From Mobula hypostoma (taxonomy: Eukaryota), in NCBI RefSeq assembly GCF_963921235.1, contig NC_086107.1, positions 94,614,001 through 94,678,000 on the forward strand: a DNA stretch of 64,000 nt, given 5' to 3'. The first letter of the stretch is position 1; every line of letters starts with the position of its first letter. Of this stretch, positions 10,513 through 23,724 are shown in pieces. A program made the position numbers and the translations under genes. Under the pieces are notes generated by a model. It was given only the letters and a program-made list of their open reading frames with translations, was not told where the DNA came from and searched no databases.

Positions 10513-12448
10513 TTAAAGGTTCATTTATTATCAATGTATACAACTCTGAAATTCTTCTCCAGATAGCCACAAAATCAAGATAGAAAAGAACAGCAGCACG
10601 ATCATCAACGCACAAATTTTCCCTCCTCACACAAAAAAACTAACAAAAATCGAACAGGCACATCGACTCCCCCCCGCCACACAAAAAAATCGAGAATGAT
10701 TGAGTGAAAAACACAGAACATAAAAAAACTATAAGACTTAAAAAATAAAGTCCATAGACCAAATGCATATCCAAACCACAGAAAACCTGGGTAATACTCT
10801 CTGGACACAGCGGCAGCCTCTCCCCTCTCCAGCAGTAGAGTGATCTGACCAGTGATCAAAAGGCAGTTTCCCCTGTCCGACAGCAGAGTGATCCCACCAA
10901 CGATCAAAAGGCAGTCTCCCCTGTCTGACAGCAGAGCGATCAAAAGGCAGTCTCCCCTGTCCGGCAGCAGAGTGATCCCACCAACGATCAAAAGGCAGTC
11001 TCCCCTGTCCGAAAGCAGAGTGATCAAAAGCCAGTCTCCCCTGTCCGAAAGCAGAGTGATCAAAAGCCAGTCTCCCCTGTCCGAAAGCAGAGTGATCAAA
11101 AGGCAGTCTCCCCTGTCCGAAAGCAGAGTGATCAAAAGGCAGTCTCCCCTGTCCGACAGCAGTGTGATCAAAAGGCAGTCTCCCCTGTCTGACAGCAGAG
11201 TGATCAAAAGGCAGTCTCCCCTGTCCGACAGCAGAGTGATCAAAAGGCAGTCTCCTCTCTCTGGTATCAGAGTGATCCCACCAGGGATCAAAAGGCAGTC
11301 TCCCCTGTCCGAATGCAGAGTGATCAAAAGGCAGTCTCCCCTGTCCGACAGCAGAGTTATCAAAAAGCAGTCTCCCCTGTCTGACAGTGGAGCTATCAAA
11401 AGGCAGTCTCCCTTGTCCAACAGCAGAGTGATCAAAAGGCAGTCTCCTCTTTCTGGTATCAGAGTGATCCCACCAGTGATCAAAAGGCAGTCTCCCTTGT
11501 CCAACAGCAGAGTGATCAAAAGGCAGTCTCCTCTTTCTGGTATCAGAGTGATCCCACCAGTGATCAAAAGACAGTCTCCCCTGTCCAGCAGCAGAGTGAT
11601 CAAAAGGCAGTCTCCCCTGTCCGACAGCAGAGTGATCAAAAGGCAGTCTCCCCTGTCCGACAGCAGTGTGATCAAAAGGCAGTCTCCCCTGTCTGACAGC
11701 AGAGTGATCAAAAGGCAGTCTCCCCTGTCCGACAGCAGAGTGATCAAAAGGCAGTCTCCTCTCTCTGGTATCAGAGTGATCCCACCAGGGATCAAAAGAC
11801 AGCCTCCCCTGTCCGGCAGCAGTGATCAAAAGGCAGTCTCCCCTGTCCAGCAGCAGAGTGATCAAAAGGCAGTCTCCCCTGTCCAGCAGCAGAGTGATCA
11901 AAAGGCAGTCTCCCCTGTCCGACAGCAGAGTGATCAAAAGGCAGTCTCCTCTCTCTGGTATCGGAGTGATCCCACCAGTGATCAAAAGGCAGTCTCCCCT
12001 GTCCGACAGCAGAGTGATCAAAAAGACAGTTTCCCATCTCCAGTAGCAGAGTGATCCCTCCAGCAATCAAAATACAAGCACCCAGCGCTCACCCTCCGCA
12101 TTCGCCACAATGTTTGAGTCTCCCTCGTCACTTAAATTGGCGGACAATGGAAGCTTTAATCAGTGAAATGGAGTTGAACAGCGACTTGCGCCCCGTCCTG
12201 CAGTCTTCTCGCCACAAGGTTCGCGTGCACTGCCTCTGTCTCCCAGATTCCTCTTGGAGACTGCAGAGTGTTGAAATACCCAAACGATATCTAAACTGCA
12301 AATCACAGGCTCCAACAGTTCCAGAATCACACTCAAGATGAAAAACAAATGTAAAAGACATAAAAGAAGTGAATTATATGGTTTCATGTTCTATCCAGAA
12401 GATATTGACCATGGAAGTGTTGTACGCAGGCGCCATCTTGACAGGAAT
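10513..12448 (-). mobile_element. Non-coding LINE-partner retroposon hosting an expanded minisatellite
   Basis: Minus strand begins ttcctgtcaagatggcgcc and ends in an aataaatgaacc-type tail. It interrupts a CR1 fragment whose parts lie on either side. Confidence 0.55.
10810..12070. repeat. Minisatellite, 36-bp unit (agagtgatcaaaaggcagtctcccctgtccgacagc) with 48-bp variant units, ~30 copies
   Basis: Directly visible periodicity. It explains the ~400-aa repetitive ORFs (RVIKRQSPLSDS repeats) on both strands. Confidence 0.95.
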
Positions 12449-12459
12449 ATCAATAATCA

Positions 12460-14065
12460 CATCTGCTTTAGCTAGGCCTTACAATGTTCCATAGCTTTTA
12501 ATGGCACCCACCTCATTCTTCTAAACCAAAGTGAGTACAGGTCCAGAACCATCTAACACTTCTCATACATCGATGCTTTAATTCCCAGAGTCATTATAAT
12601 TATCATCCTTTGGACCTTCTCCAATGCCAACACATTTTTTCTTAGATAAGGAGCCTAAAACTGCTCACAGTATTCCAAGTGCCATTTGACCTGTGCCTTA
12701 AGGTCTCAGCATCACATCCTTGTTTTTATATTTCAGTCCTATCAAAATGGGTGCTAACACTGCATTTGCCTTCCTTGCCACTGACTCAACCTGCAAGTTA
12801 ACCTTTTGGGAATCCTGCACAATGACTCCAAAGTCCATTTGCACCTCCTGATTTTTGAATTTTTTCCCCATTTAGAAAATTGTTTGTGCTTTTATTCCTT
12901 GTACCAAATTGTATGACTATACACTTCCTGACACTGTATTCCATCTGCCACTTCCTTGCCCATTCTCCCAATCTAAGTCCTTCTGCAGACTCCGTGTTTC
13001 CTCAACACTACCTGGCCCCCTTCACTTACCTTTGTATCGCCTGTAGACTTGGACACAAAGCCATCAATTCTGACATCCAAATTATTGACATATGTGCAAA
13101 GAAGTGGTCTCAACGAGAATTCTCACTCTATGCCTCCTGCCAGACAGCCAATCCTCGATCCATGCTAGTGTCCTTCCTGCAATACTAAGGGCTCTTATCT
13201 TGTTAAGCAGCATCATGTGCAGTGCCTTGATAAAGGTCTTCTGAAAATCCAAGCAAACAACTGCCTGTTATTTCCTGAAAGGATTCCAACAGATTTGTCA
13301 GGCAAGATTTCCCTTAAGTAAACCAGCCTGACTTTGGCCTATTTTATCATGTGCCTCCAAGTATCCTGAAACTTCATCCTTAATAATGGACTCCAACATC
13401 TTCCTAATACTGAAGTCAGTCTAACTGGCCTATAATTTATTTCCTTCTCCCTCTCCCCCCTCTTTCTTGAAGAGTAGAGTGACATTTGCACTTTTCCAGT
13501 CCTCTGGAACCTTTCCAGAATCCAGTGCTTCTTGGAAGAGCATCTTGGAATGCTTCCACAATCTCTTCAGCCACCTCTTTCAGAACCCTGGGGTGTAGTC
13601 CATGTTGTCCAGGTGACCTATCTACCTTCAGACTTTTCAGCTTTCCCAAGCACCTTCTCAATAACAGCAATTACACTCATATCTGCCTCCTGACCCTTAA
13701 AAATTTCTGGCATACTGCTAGAGTCTTCCACAGTGAAGACTGATGTAAAATACATACTTAGTTTGTCTGCCATTTCTTTGTCCCCTATTACTACTTCTCC
13801 AGTGTCATTTTCCAGTGGTTTGATGGCCTCTTTGCCTATTTTTACTTTTCATAGCTGAAAAAACTGTTGGTATCCCCTTTGGTATTATTGACTAGCTTAC
13901 CTTCATATTTCATCTTTTCTCTTTTTATGGCTCTTTTAATTGCCTTCTGTTGGTTTTTAAAGGCTTCTCAATCGTCTAACTTCACACTAATTTTTGCTCT
14001 ATTATATGCCCTCTCTTTTGCTTTTATGCTGTCTTTAACTTTCCTTGTCAGCCACGGTTGCCTCA
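12460..14065 (-). mobile_element. Decayed CR1 LINE ORF2 fragment
   Basis: Minus peptides LKVDRSPG…LHPRVLKEVAEEIVEA and QPWLTRKVKDSIKAKERAYN. Confidence 0.8.
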
Positions 14066-15589
14066 TCTTCTCTCCGATGATGGATGCCACCTTTTTGAAG
14101 CACCACTCTTTGGAGATTTCCTCGATGCTGGAGAGGCCAGTGCCCATCATGAAGCTGGCTGAGTTTGCAATTTTCTTCAGCTTTTACCAGCCCTGCGCAA
14201 CACACACACAAAATGCTGGAAGAACTCCACAGGTCAGAGAGCGTTTATGGAGGGTAATGAACGGTCGCCATTCCAGGTGGATCTCTGCCTGAAACGTCGT
14301 CTGTGCAACTCCCTCCACAGATGCTGCCTGACCTGCTGAGTTTCTCCATTAATTTGTACGTTGCTCTATGGCCAAATGTCTTTTCCTCATCACTGATGTT
14401 TCATGCATTGATGCAGCATAGTAAGTTGTAATGGCACAGATTTCCCCAGTGACTCTCATATACTCTGTGTAGAGGCAGCCAAGCCAGCTAACCTTAGTTT
14501 TAGTAGTGATGGAGAGGGAAATCCTACAGAGAAACAGAGGGGAATGGGAGCAGAAGGTGATAGAGTCTCATAGAGAGAGACAGCACAGAAACAGGCCTTT
14601 CAGCCCATCAAGTCTGTGCTGACCATCAACCACCCATTTACACCAATCCCATTTTATTTTTTGCACATTCCCAAAAACAACCCCCCCAATAAAGTCCTGT
14701 CCCTCCACATATTAGTGGAATACAGGAGCAATTAATTTACTGACCCGTGTGTCATTGGGATAAAATCCTGTCCCTCCACACACTAGTGGAATACAGGAGC
14801 AATTAACCGTGTGTCATTGGGATGTGGGAGGAAACTGGAGCACTCGGGGAAAACCGCACGGTCACAGGGAGAACGTGCAAACTCCATTCACAAGCAATGT
14901 CGGAGGTCAGGATCGAACCCGGGTCGCTGGCGCTTTGAGGCAGTGACTCTGCCTGCTGTGCTACAGAGTCACCCACTAGGCACACTCTATGGTCTTCCCT
15001 TTCTTAAATCTCTCTTGGTCCAGCCTTAAGGGTAGAGGGTGTGCTGGAAGCCCTGCGATGGCCTTTCCTGGGTTAGAGGACAGTGTGTGTGTTTGGGTGG
15101 GTGGGGGTGTGAATGGAAGGGAGGGGCTTATTTTGTCATTGATTAGTAGTTCACATTGTGGGCATGCTATGTTGGCATTGGAATGTGTGGTGACAGTTGC
15201 AGGCTGTTCCCAGCACATCCTTAGGCTGTGCTGGTTATTAAGGAAATAATACACTGCACTGTACATTTCAATGCGATCTGAATCTTCAAGGATTCATTTT
15301 ATTGTCAAAGTATGCATGTACAACACAACTCTGATATTTGCCTTCTTCAGATAGCCATGGAATACAGAAAAACCATGGCAGTTGTTGAAAGAAAAACATC
15401 AAACCCCCCCCCCTCCCTGCACAAAAAGGAAAAAAGAAACAAAACTTGCAAATCCAAACCCCACCTCCGGAACAAAAAACACTAACAGATTCCCCACACA
15501 GAAAACAGCAGCAGCGACGACAACATCAAGCCCCCAACCCCCTCCTCTGCTGAAAGAACAGCACCACCAGTTGAGCAAGGACCAATATT

Positions 15590-16710
15590 GTTTGTTGCAC
15601 TGAGGTTGGTGAGGCTACACTTGGTTCAGTTTTGGTCGTCTTGCAGTAGGAAAGATGTCATTATGTTTGAAAGAGTGCCAAGGAGATGTACGAGGATGTT
15701 GCCGGGACTCAAGGGACTGTTTTCTGGAGAGAAGTTGGGAACCTTTTCACTGAAGTGTGGGAGAACGAGGGCTGACGTTATAGAGGTGTGTAAAACCAGG
15801 AAGGGCACAGATAGAATGAACATGTACAGTCTTTCCCCCCACCCCATCTGGTTCTTGGTTGGGGAATCAATAACCAGAAGCCAGACGATTAAGGTGAGAG
15901 GGAAGAGATTTAATGGGGATCTGAGGGGCCACGTTTTTAAAGTCAAAGTAAATTCATTATCAAAGTATGCACCATATACAATCCTGAGATTCATTTTCTT
16001 GCAGGCATTTACAGGAAAAATATAGTAACGCGATAGAACTTGTGAAAAACTGTGTATAAACAAAGACTGACAAATAACTAATGTGCAAAAGATGGCAAAT
16101 TGTACAAATTTTAAAATAACATGCGTTGTAGAGTCCTTGAAAGTGAGTCTGTAGGTTGTGGAAATATTTTCTCCCAGAGGGTGGTCCATATGAGGAATGT
16201 GCTGCCAGAGGAAGTGGTTGAGGCAGGTACGTTAGCAACACTTAAAAGGTACTTGGACAGGCACGTGGACAGGAAAGGTTTAGAGGGATATGGGCCAAAA
16301 GCAGGCCAATGGAAGTAGCTTCGATGGGAACCTTGGTCAGCACAGCCCAGTTGGGCCGAATGGCCTGTTTCTCTGCCGTATGACTCTAGGGCAGCAGTGA
16401 TGGTGACTCCCCAGCAGACAGCCGTTCTGTCGGAGACATAAAGGACATCCCTTTAGAACTGAGATGAGGAATTTCTTTAGCCAGAGGGTAGTGAATCTGT
16501 GGAATGCATTGCCACAGACGGCTGTGGAGGTCAAGTCATTGGGTATATTTAAAGCAGAGGTTGATAGGTTCTTGATTAGCAAGGGTGCTAAGGGTTACGG
16601 GGAGAAGGCAGGAGAATGGGGTTGAGAGGAATAATAAATCAGCCATGATGGAATGACAGAGCAGATTTGATGGTCTGAATGGCCAAATTATGCTCTTATG
16701 TCTTGGATCT
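15590..16710 (+). mobile_element. Cluster of CR1 3' fragments with an intervening Rex-type 3' UTR
   Basis: VQFWS…ERVPRRCTRMLPGLKG and LPEEVVEAGTLATLKRYLDRH peptides. Confidence 0.7.
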
Positions 16711-18429
16711 GTGGAGAGTCATCAAAAGGAGAGAGATACATTTGTGGATTGTTGAGAAAGTGGAGGTGAAGACAGTGATGGTTTTGAACAGCAGATAAGA
16801 GGGGCCGAATAGCTCACCCTGTGCTGCTTATGTAGGAGTCAGCTGATATCCTTTGAGTTGTGTGGCAGCACAGATCCGATGCTTTTTCATTGGCAAGGGA
16901 GGGAAGTGTTTAGTCAGAGAAACCGTCCCACTGCCCCAGTTCTACGTTGTCAGTTTTGATGCCAAACAGACTCTGTCTCCCTTTTCCACTTAGCGGTTGA
17001 GCCGGGCGATGCGACAGACTTGGACCGAACCCGACCAAAACTCTCCACGTGACATCAAACCTCGGGGAAGAAGGGAGGGGGGAATCTGGGAGGCAACGTG
17101 AAATTAAAGGCGGCTGCGGCTGCTATTATTTGACGCTACCGGTTATTAAGGATAAAGTTTCATCACTATCTCCGCGGAGTGCACTGTGGAGCAGGGGTCA
17201 GAAATTAACCCAGTATTTTCCCCGTGGTTCTAATTTCACTTCTTTCCCCCTGAAATGATCATAAAGTTCTGGCAAGATTTTTTTTTGAAAAGAGGGAAAG
17301 TTCTTCAAAGAGAAACAGCTGACTGTGCTGCAAGTTTTCATTGGCGTGGAGTTTGGGATGGAGCTGCCTCTCGCTGGAGAGCACGATTACAGCGTTGAAG
17401 CTTGGAGGCAAAAACAGAAATTCCATTTCCCGCCCGTGTTTTTAAAAAAAAATGAAATAGATCAGTTTTCTGGGTGGAGATTTTAAGTGCTGGAAAATTT
17501 CACTGTACGAAATATCTATGCAGTCTCGCAGAATTAGACTCCGGTTTAATATCACTGACATATGTCGTGAGGTTTGTTTTTCAGCAGCAGTACAGTGCAA
17601 TACTAAATTAGAATGAGATATATATATATTGTATATAATAAATTAAATCAAATAAGTAAAGCAAAAATAGTGAGGTAGTGAATGTTCAGAAATTTGATGA
17701 TAGAGGGGAAGAAGCTCCAGTACTTCGAAAAGGCTGAGTGTGCGTCTTCAGGCTCTTGAACCCCGCTCTGACTGTGGCAATGAGACGAGGGCATGCCCTG
17801 GGTGGTGGGGGTCCTTAATGATCGATGGCAGCCTTTTTGAGGCATCGCCTTTTGAAGGTGTCCTGGATGCTGGGCGGGCTAGTGTACACGATGGAGCTGG
17901 CTGAGATTACAGCCCGCCGCAGCCTTTTCCGATCCTTTCTTTCCACGTTCTTTATTTTAAAAACTTTAAAATTTTACTTTTGAGATACCCGGTTTCTCTA
18001 GGTAGGTCCTTCAAGCCGGGCCGCCCCGCTAAGCCCTGACAACCCTGATACTGTACGTAGCTTCATAATTCTTTATGATGCAGAGTGTTCGGCCCATCGA
18101 GTTGATGCTAGCTCTCAGATCAAATTCATTCAAACACTATTTTCTCTTTCTCCATTAACTCCTCCCAGGTTATACCCCTCACCCTAGGGCTAATTTGTAG
18201 TCGACAGTAATTCAGGCGACCCACGCGACTTTGGGCTGTGGGAGAAGCTGAGTAATCATCAGGAAAAGATGCAAACTCCACACAGACATGGCACTCCAAT
18301 GGACCTCCTCAACACCAGGGATTCTGCAGATGCTGGAAATCTTGAACAGCACACACACAAAATGCCGGAGGAACTCTCCTCCCACCTTCTTATCCTGTCG
18401 TCCTCTCCAGGTCTGTTTTATGCTCTTAG

Positions 18430-18966
18430 TAGTCACTTATTATCCACCCCCTGTACCTAATAAAGTAGCCTCTGAGTGTATGTTCATGGTCTTCTGCTGC
18501 TGTAGGCCATCCACTTCAAGGTTCAACGTGTTGTGCATTCAGAGATGCTCTTCTGTACACCACAGTTGTAACCCGTGGTTATTTAAGTTACTGTCGCCTT
18601 GCTCTCAGCTTGAACCAGTCTGGACATCCTCATCTGACCTCTCTCATTAACAAGACACTTTTGCCCACATAACTGCCACTCACTGGATGTTTTTTATTGT
18701 TTCTTGCCCCATACTCTGTAAACTCTAGAGACTGTTGTGCATGAAAATCCCAGAAGATCAGCAGTTTCTGAGATACTCAAACCACCCTATATGGCACCAA
18801 CAAAGTCATTTCAATCACATTTCTTCCCCATTCTGATGTTGGTCTGAACAACAACTAAACCTCGTGACCATGTCCGCATGCTTTAATGCATTGACTTGCT
18901 GCCACATGATTGGCTGATTAGATATTTGCATTAACGAGGTGTTCCTGATAAAGTGGGCACTGAGTG
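18430..18966 (-). mobile_element. Tc1 deletion derivative (same family as 320-886)
   Basis: Colinear with 320-886; right end ctgataaagtgggcactgagtg. Confidence 0.8.
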
Positions 18967-19276
18967 TTTGTGGCCAGCAGCCCCCAGTGTCTCTTCATGG
19001 GCCTCTGAGAAAACCAAGAGGGGACATTCCTGCAGAAAAACAGTCACAGTGCAAGGGAGGTCAGGGAAAACGTTCTGGAAAGATGGCACAGTCAGTAACA
19101 TTAAGGAATTGTCAGTGGGGAGGGTTGGGGGATCAGTGTGAGATCGAATTAGTGGAGAATCAGAGTGAGGTTTAATGTCACCAGCGTACGTGGTCAAATT
19201 TGTTGTCTTTGCGGCAGCCATACAATGCAATAATAATAGGAAAAAATACGAACTACAGTAAGTGTGTGTGTATGTG

Positions 19277-19602
19277 TGTGTATATATATATTAAAGGCAT
19301 CCATTAGTCTTGCAAGACCATGGATCTGCGCCTGGAAAGTCTTCACTCTCCAGGGCGCAGGCTTGGGCAAGGTTGTATGGAAGACCGGCAGTTGCCCATG
19401 CTGCAAGTCTCCCCTCTCCACGACACCGATGTTGTCCAAGGGAAGGGCATTAGGACCCATACAGCTTGGCACCGGTGTCGTCGCAGAGCAATGTGTGATT
19501 AAGTGCCTTGCTCAAGGACACGACATGCTGCCTCGGCTGAGGCTCGAACTCACGACCTTCAGATCGCTAGTCAAATGCCTTAACCACTTGACCACGTGCC
19601 CA
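19277..19602 (-). mobile_element. tRNA-derived SINE
   Basis: Minus strand starts gggcacgtggtcaagtggttaagg…gagttcgagcc (A and B boxes), then gtgtccttgagcaaggcactt core. Inserted in a (TG)/(TA) microsatellite. Confidence 0.75.
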
Positions 19603-19629
19603 CACTGTGTATATAAATATTTTTTTTAA

Positions 19630-21020
19630 ATAAGTAGTGCAAGAATAGAAATTTTAAAAAGTAGAGAGGTAGAGTTCATGGGTTCAATGTCCATTCAGAA
19701 ATCTGATGGCAGAGGGGAGGAAGCTGTTCTTGAATCATTTGAGTGTGTGCCATCAGGCTCCTGTACCTCCTTCCTGATGGTAGCAATGAGAACAAGGCAT
19801 GACCTGGGTGATGGGGTTCTTTTGATGATGGATGCTGTCTTTTTGAGGCACTGCTCCCTGAAGATGTCCTGAATACTATGGAGCTGGTGGCCATGATGGA
19901 GCTGAGTGAGCTTACAACTCTCTGCAGCTTATTTCAATCCTGTGCAGTAGCCCCCCCACCCCCATACAGGCAATTGGAACATCTGTAGAAATTTGCTGGA
20001 GTTTTTGGTGACATACCCAATCTCCTCAAACTCCTTATTACGTAAGCTGCTGGCCTGCTGTCTTCATCATTGCATCAATATGTTGGGTCCAGGAGAGATC
20101 CTCAGGGATGTTGACACCCAGGAATCTGAAACTGCTCTCCCTTTCCACTGCTGACCCCTCGATGCGGACTGCTGTGTGTTCCCTTGACTTCTCCTTCCTG
20201 AAGTCCAGAATCAATTCTTTGGTCTTAGATTTAGATTAGATTATGAGGACACACAGTCCTCTTTTATTGTCATTGAGTAATGCATGCATTAAGAAATGAT
20301 ACAATATTTCTCTGATATGATATCACAGAAACACAAGACAAACCAAGACTAAAAAACTGACAAAAACCACATAATTATAACATATAGTTACAACAGTGCA
20401 AAGCAATACCATAATTTGATAAAGAACAGACCATGGGCACAGTAAAAAAAGTCCCAAAGTCTCTCGAAAGTCCCATCATCTCTTGCAGATGGTAGAAGGG
20501 AGAGAAATTCTCCCTGCCATGAGCTTCCAGCGCCGCAAACTTGCCGATGCAGCACCCCGACCACAGCCGACTCTTGAGTCCGTCCGAAAACTCCGAGCCT
20601 CCGACCAGCCCTCTGACACTGAGCACCATCCCTGCCGAGCGCTTCGACCCCAGCCCTGGCAATAGGCAAAGCCGAGGATTTGGGGCTTTCCCCTCCGGAG
20701 ATTCTTGATCGCACAGTAGCAGCGACAGTGAAGCAGGCATTTTAGAAGTTTCTCCAGATGTTCCTCCATGCTTCTCACGGCTGTCTCCATCAAATCAGGA
20801 TTGTGCATGGCCCCTATTTAACAAATACGATACCATTTCGGAGCGGCCGCGCACGCTGTGTCGCACCGCCATCTTCTCCTCCCCTCCCGATGAGTGCAAG
20901 TTTGCTGTTGCAACACCATGCAACCAGCTGATCTATCTCATCCCCATACGTCTCCCCATCACTGAAAGAGATTCTGTCAACAACAGTTGTGTCATTGGTG
21001 AATTTATAGATGGTGTTTGG
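19630..21020 (-). mobile_element. Rex/Babar-type LINE 3' fragment split by a non-coding retroposon (20226-20890)
   Basis: Minus peptides HHPGHALFSLLPSGRRYRSL and IYKFTNDTTVV…LVAWCCNSKLAL flank the insert. Confidence 0.7.
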
Positions 21021-21914
21021 CAGTCTACATTTCAGGTGGAGGGAAGGGGTGGAGCAAGAGCTAGTGAGGTGGGGCTTGCTTGGCAGGTGGGGGAGTGGCA
21101 ATGATGTCAGAAGCTGGCAGATGATTGGTGGAGGTGACAAAGGGCTGAGGAAGATGGAAGCTGATAGGAGCCTGGAATAAAGGGAGGGAAGTGGGAAGTC
21201 AATTGTTTCAGGCTGAGATCCAAAATCTGGACTGATGAAGAGTCTTGAATCATAAACGTGAGAAATTCTACAGATGCTGGAAATCACACAAAATACTGGA
21301 GGGACTCAGCAGGTCAGGCAGCGACTATGGAAATGAATAAGCAATTGATGTTTCATGCCAAGACCCTGCTTCAGGACTGCAAAGGAAGGGGGAAGATGAC
21401 AGAATAAAAAGGTGGTGGGGGGAGGGGAAGATTCTCGACCAAAAGATTGTACTGAGAGATGAAGAGTCTCAACCATACCATCAACTGTCCATCTCACTCC
21501 ACAGATGCTTCATGATCCATTGAGTTTCTCTTGCATCTTGTTTGTTGCTTGAGATTGATTCAGAATGAATGTGGGATCGGGGCTGCTGGTCAATTACTGC
21601 CCTGTGTTTGGGATGGATGAGAGAGAGAGAGAGACTGAGACTTAGACTTAATTTGCCACATATACATTGAAATATCAAAACTCTACAGCCAAAATGTGTC
21701 ATTTTTGCATCAAATCAAATAGCAAGGATTGTGCGGCAAGCAGCCTGCAAGTGTCACCACGGTTCCAGAGCCAATGCAACACACCCATAACTTATTAACC
21801 CTAACCCATACGTCTTTGGAATGTGCGAGGAATCTGGAGCACTTGGAGGAAACCCATGTGGTCATGGGGAGAACCTACAAACTCCTTACAGACAGCAGTG
21901 GAAACAAACCCTAG

Positions 21915-22105
21915 CAGATTCACAGGTGAAGTGTTGCCTCACCTGGAAGGACTGTCAGGGACCTTGAATGATGTGAGGGAGGAGGTGAATGGGCAGGTGT
22001 AGCACTTTGGCCACTGCAGGGATAAGTGCTTGGAGGGAGATTAGTGGGGAGGGACGAACAGTCAAGAGAATCGCAGAGGGAGCGATCCCTGTGGAAAGCG
22101 GAGGA
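21915..22105 (-). mobile_element. Penelope-like element fragment (RT-endonuclease linker)
   Basis: Minus peptide SAFHRDRSLCDSL…PSTYPC matches the PLE linker preceding GIY-YIG; PLE terminal-repeat pieces lie at ~21030-21560. Confidence 0.65.
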
Positions 22106-23724
22106 GGGTTTGGAGATGTGGGTGTGTGAGGTTGGGGAGACGGAGACGGGTGTGTGAAGACAGAGAGACTGGCATGTGAGTTTGGGGAGATGGTTGTGTA
22201 GGGTTGGGGAGAAGGGGAGATGGGTGTATGGGGGTGGAGAGGTGGGGAGAAGGGTGTGCAGAGTCAAGGAGACACGGGCACAGTGTGTGGATTCAGGGAG
22301 ACGGGGAGATGAATTTCTGGGCTCAGCGAGATGGGGGGACAGGAGTGTGGGGTTGGGCGGACGGGAAGACAGGTGTTCTGATCGGTGATTGCTGGTGTTG
22401 TAAAGCAGTTGTGCTAACCATTTTGTCAGTGTCCTCCACCCTCCCCCCTTTGGTAACTACACCGAGGGTGTATGGGACATTTAGTGCACTGTGGCGGGGT
22501 TAGATTATAACTGCACTGTGGCTGCATTGGACAGTTATTGATTTGGAGATTTGCCAATCTAAATAATAGACGGAAAAAGCCAACTTGAATAAAGTGCAGC
22601 AAATCTGAAAGGGGAAGGCCTCTCTTCCTGATGAAACCTCCATGCCCAGGATGGAGTTGTGTCATTTTGAAATCAACAGTCTTGTTTATTTTATTCTTTA
22701 ACACGCAGCCTAAGGAAAAATTGATCGGATTTTCCACACATTCAGCAGCTCAGACCCTGGTCAGAAATTGTGCAAAGGACTGGTGTCAGGAAGCTACAGC
22801 AAAATCACTTGGAACAAACAGGCAGCAGCGGAAGCCCTGGAGATACTGAATGGGGGGGTGGGGGTTGGCTCCAAATGGTGTTTGAGCTCAAGGCCTTCCT
22901 TATCCTATCTGTGACCTGGTTCCATTGCGGTAATGAAAAGCAGGAATAATGTCCCCACTGTGTTTAGAACAACCCAGGGAAAGTTTGGCTTTATCTGTGC
23001 TCTGTCATTAAACTGAGGAAATTCATGCTCTCTGATCTGGCTGTAAACCAGTCCCACAGCATCAGAAAGCAGAACGAGACAGATCTGGGATACCAGGAGC
23101 CTAAAAGGGTTAGTGAGTTGGGGGACACTCAATGATTCAAGAACAGCTTCTTCCCCTCTGCCATCCAGTTCCTGAATGGACATTGAACCCATGAACACTA
23201 CCTCACCACTTTTTTATTTCTAATTTTGCCCTACTTATTTAATTTAACGATTTTCACTGGCACAGCATATGCTGGCAATATTAAACCTGATTCTGATTCT
23301 ATATCGGCACTGGGAGCATGGCGACACTTGCGGGCTGCCCCAGCACATCCTTGGACTGTGTTGGTTGTTGAAGCAATTGATGCATTTCACTGTATGTTTC
23401 ATTGTACATGAGGGACAAATGAAGCTAATCTGATCTAAAGACTCGCAGTCAGTGTTTCAGGAACAGCTCCTTCCCCTTTGTACTGTAGCAGCTAGCATAA
23501 AGCTTTACAGCACCAGCAATCATGGTTGAGTCTGTTTTCCTGTGACCGTGTAGGTTTCCTCTGGGTATTCTGGTTTCCTCCCACATTCCAAAAATTCACA
23601 GGCTAGGGTTGGTAACTTGTGGGCATGCTGTGTTGGCACCGGAATCACGGAGACACTTACGGGCTGCCCCAGCACATCCCCGGACTGTGATGGTTGTTGA
23701 TACAAACAACACATTTCACTGTAT

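Noticed and set aside
10605..12066. Three ~400-aa ORFs on both strands; superficially CRISPR-like 36-bp repeats
   Set aside because: They are by-products of a frame-preserving minisatellite. The units are contiguous with no unique spacers, there are no cas genes, and the context is eukaryotic.
14691..14823. ~70-bp tandem duplication
   Set aside because: Local slippage inside a SINE with no sign of function.
19530..19602. tRNA-like sequence with A/B boxes (also at 7327 and 45745)
   Set aside because: These are SINE heads continuing into SINE bodies; I could not form a complete cloverleaf.
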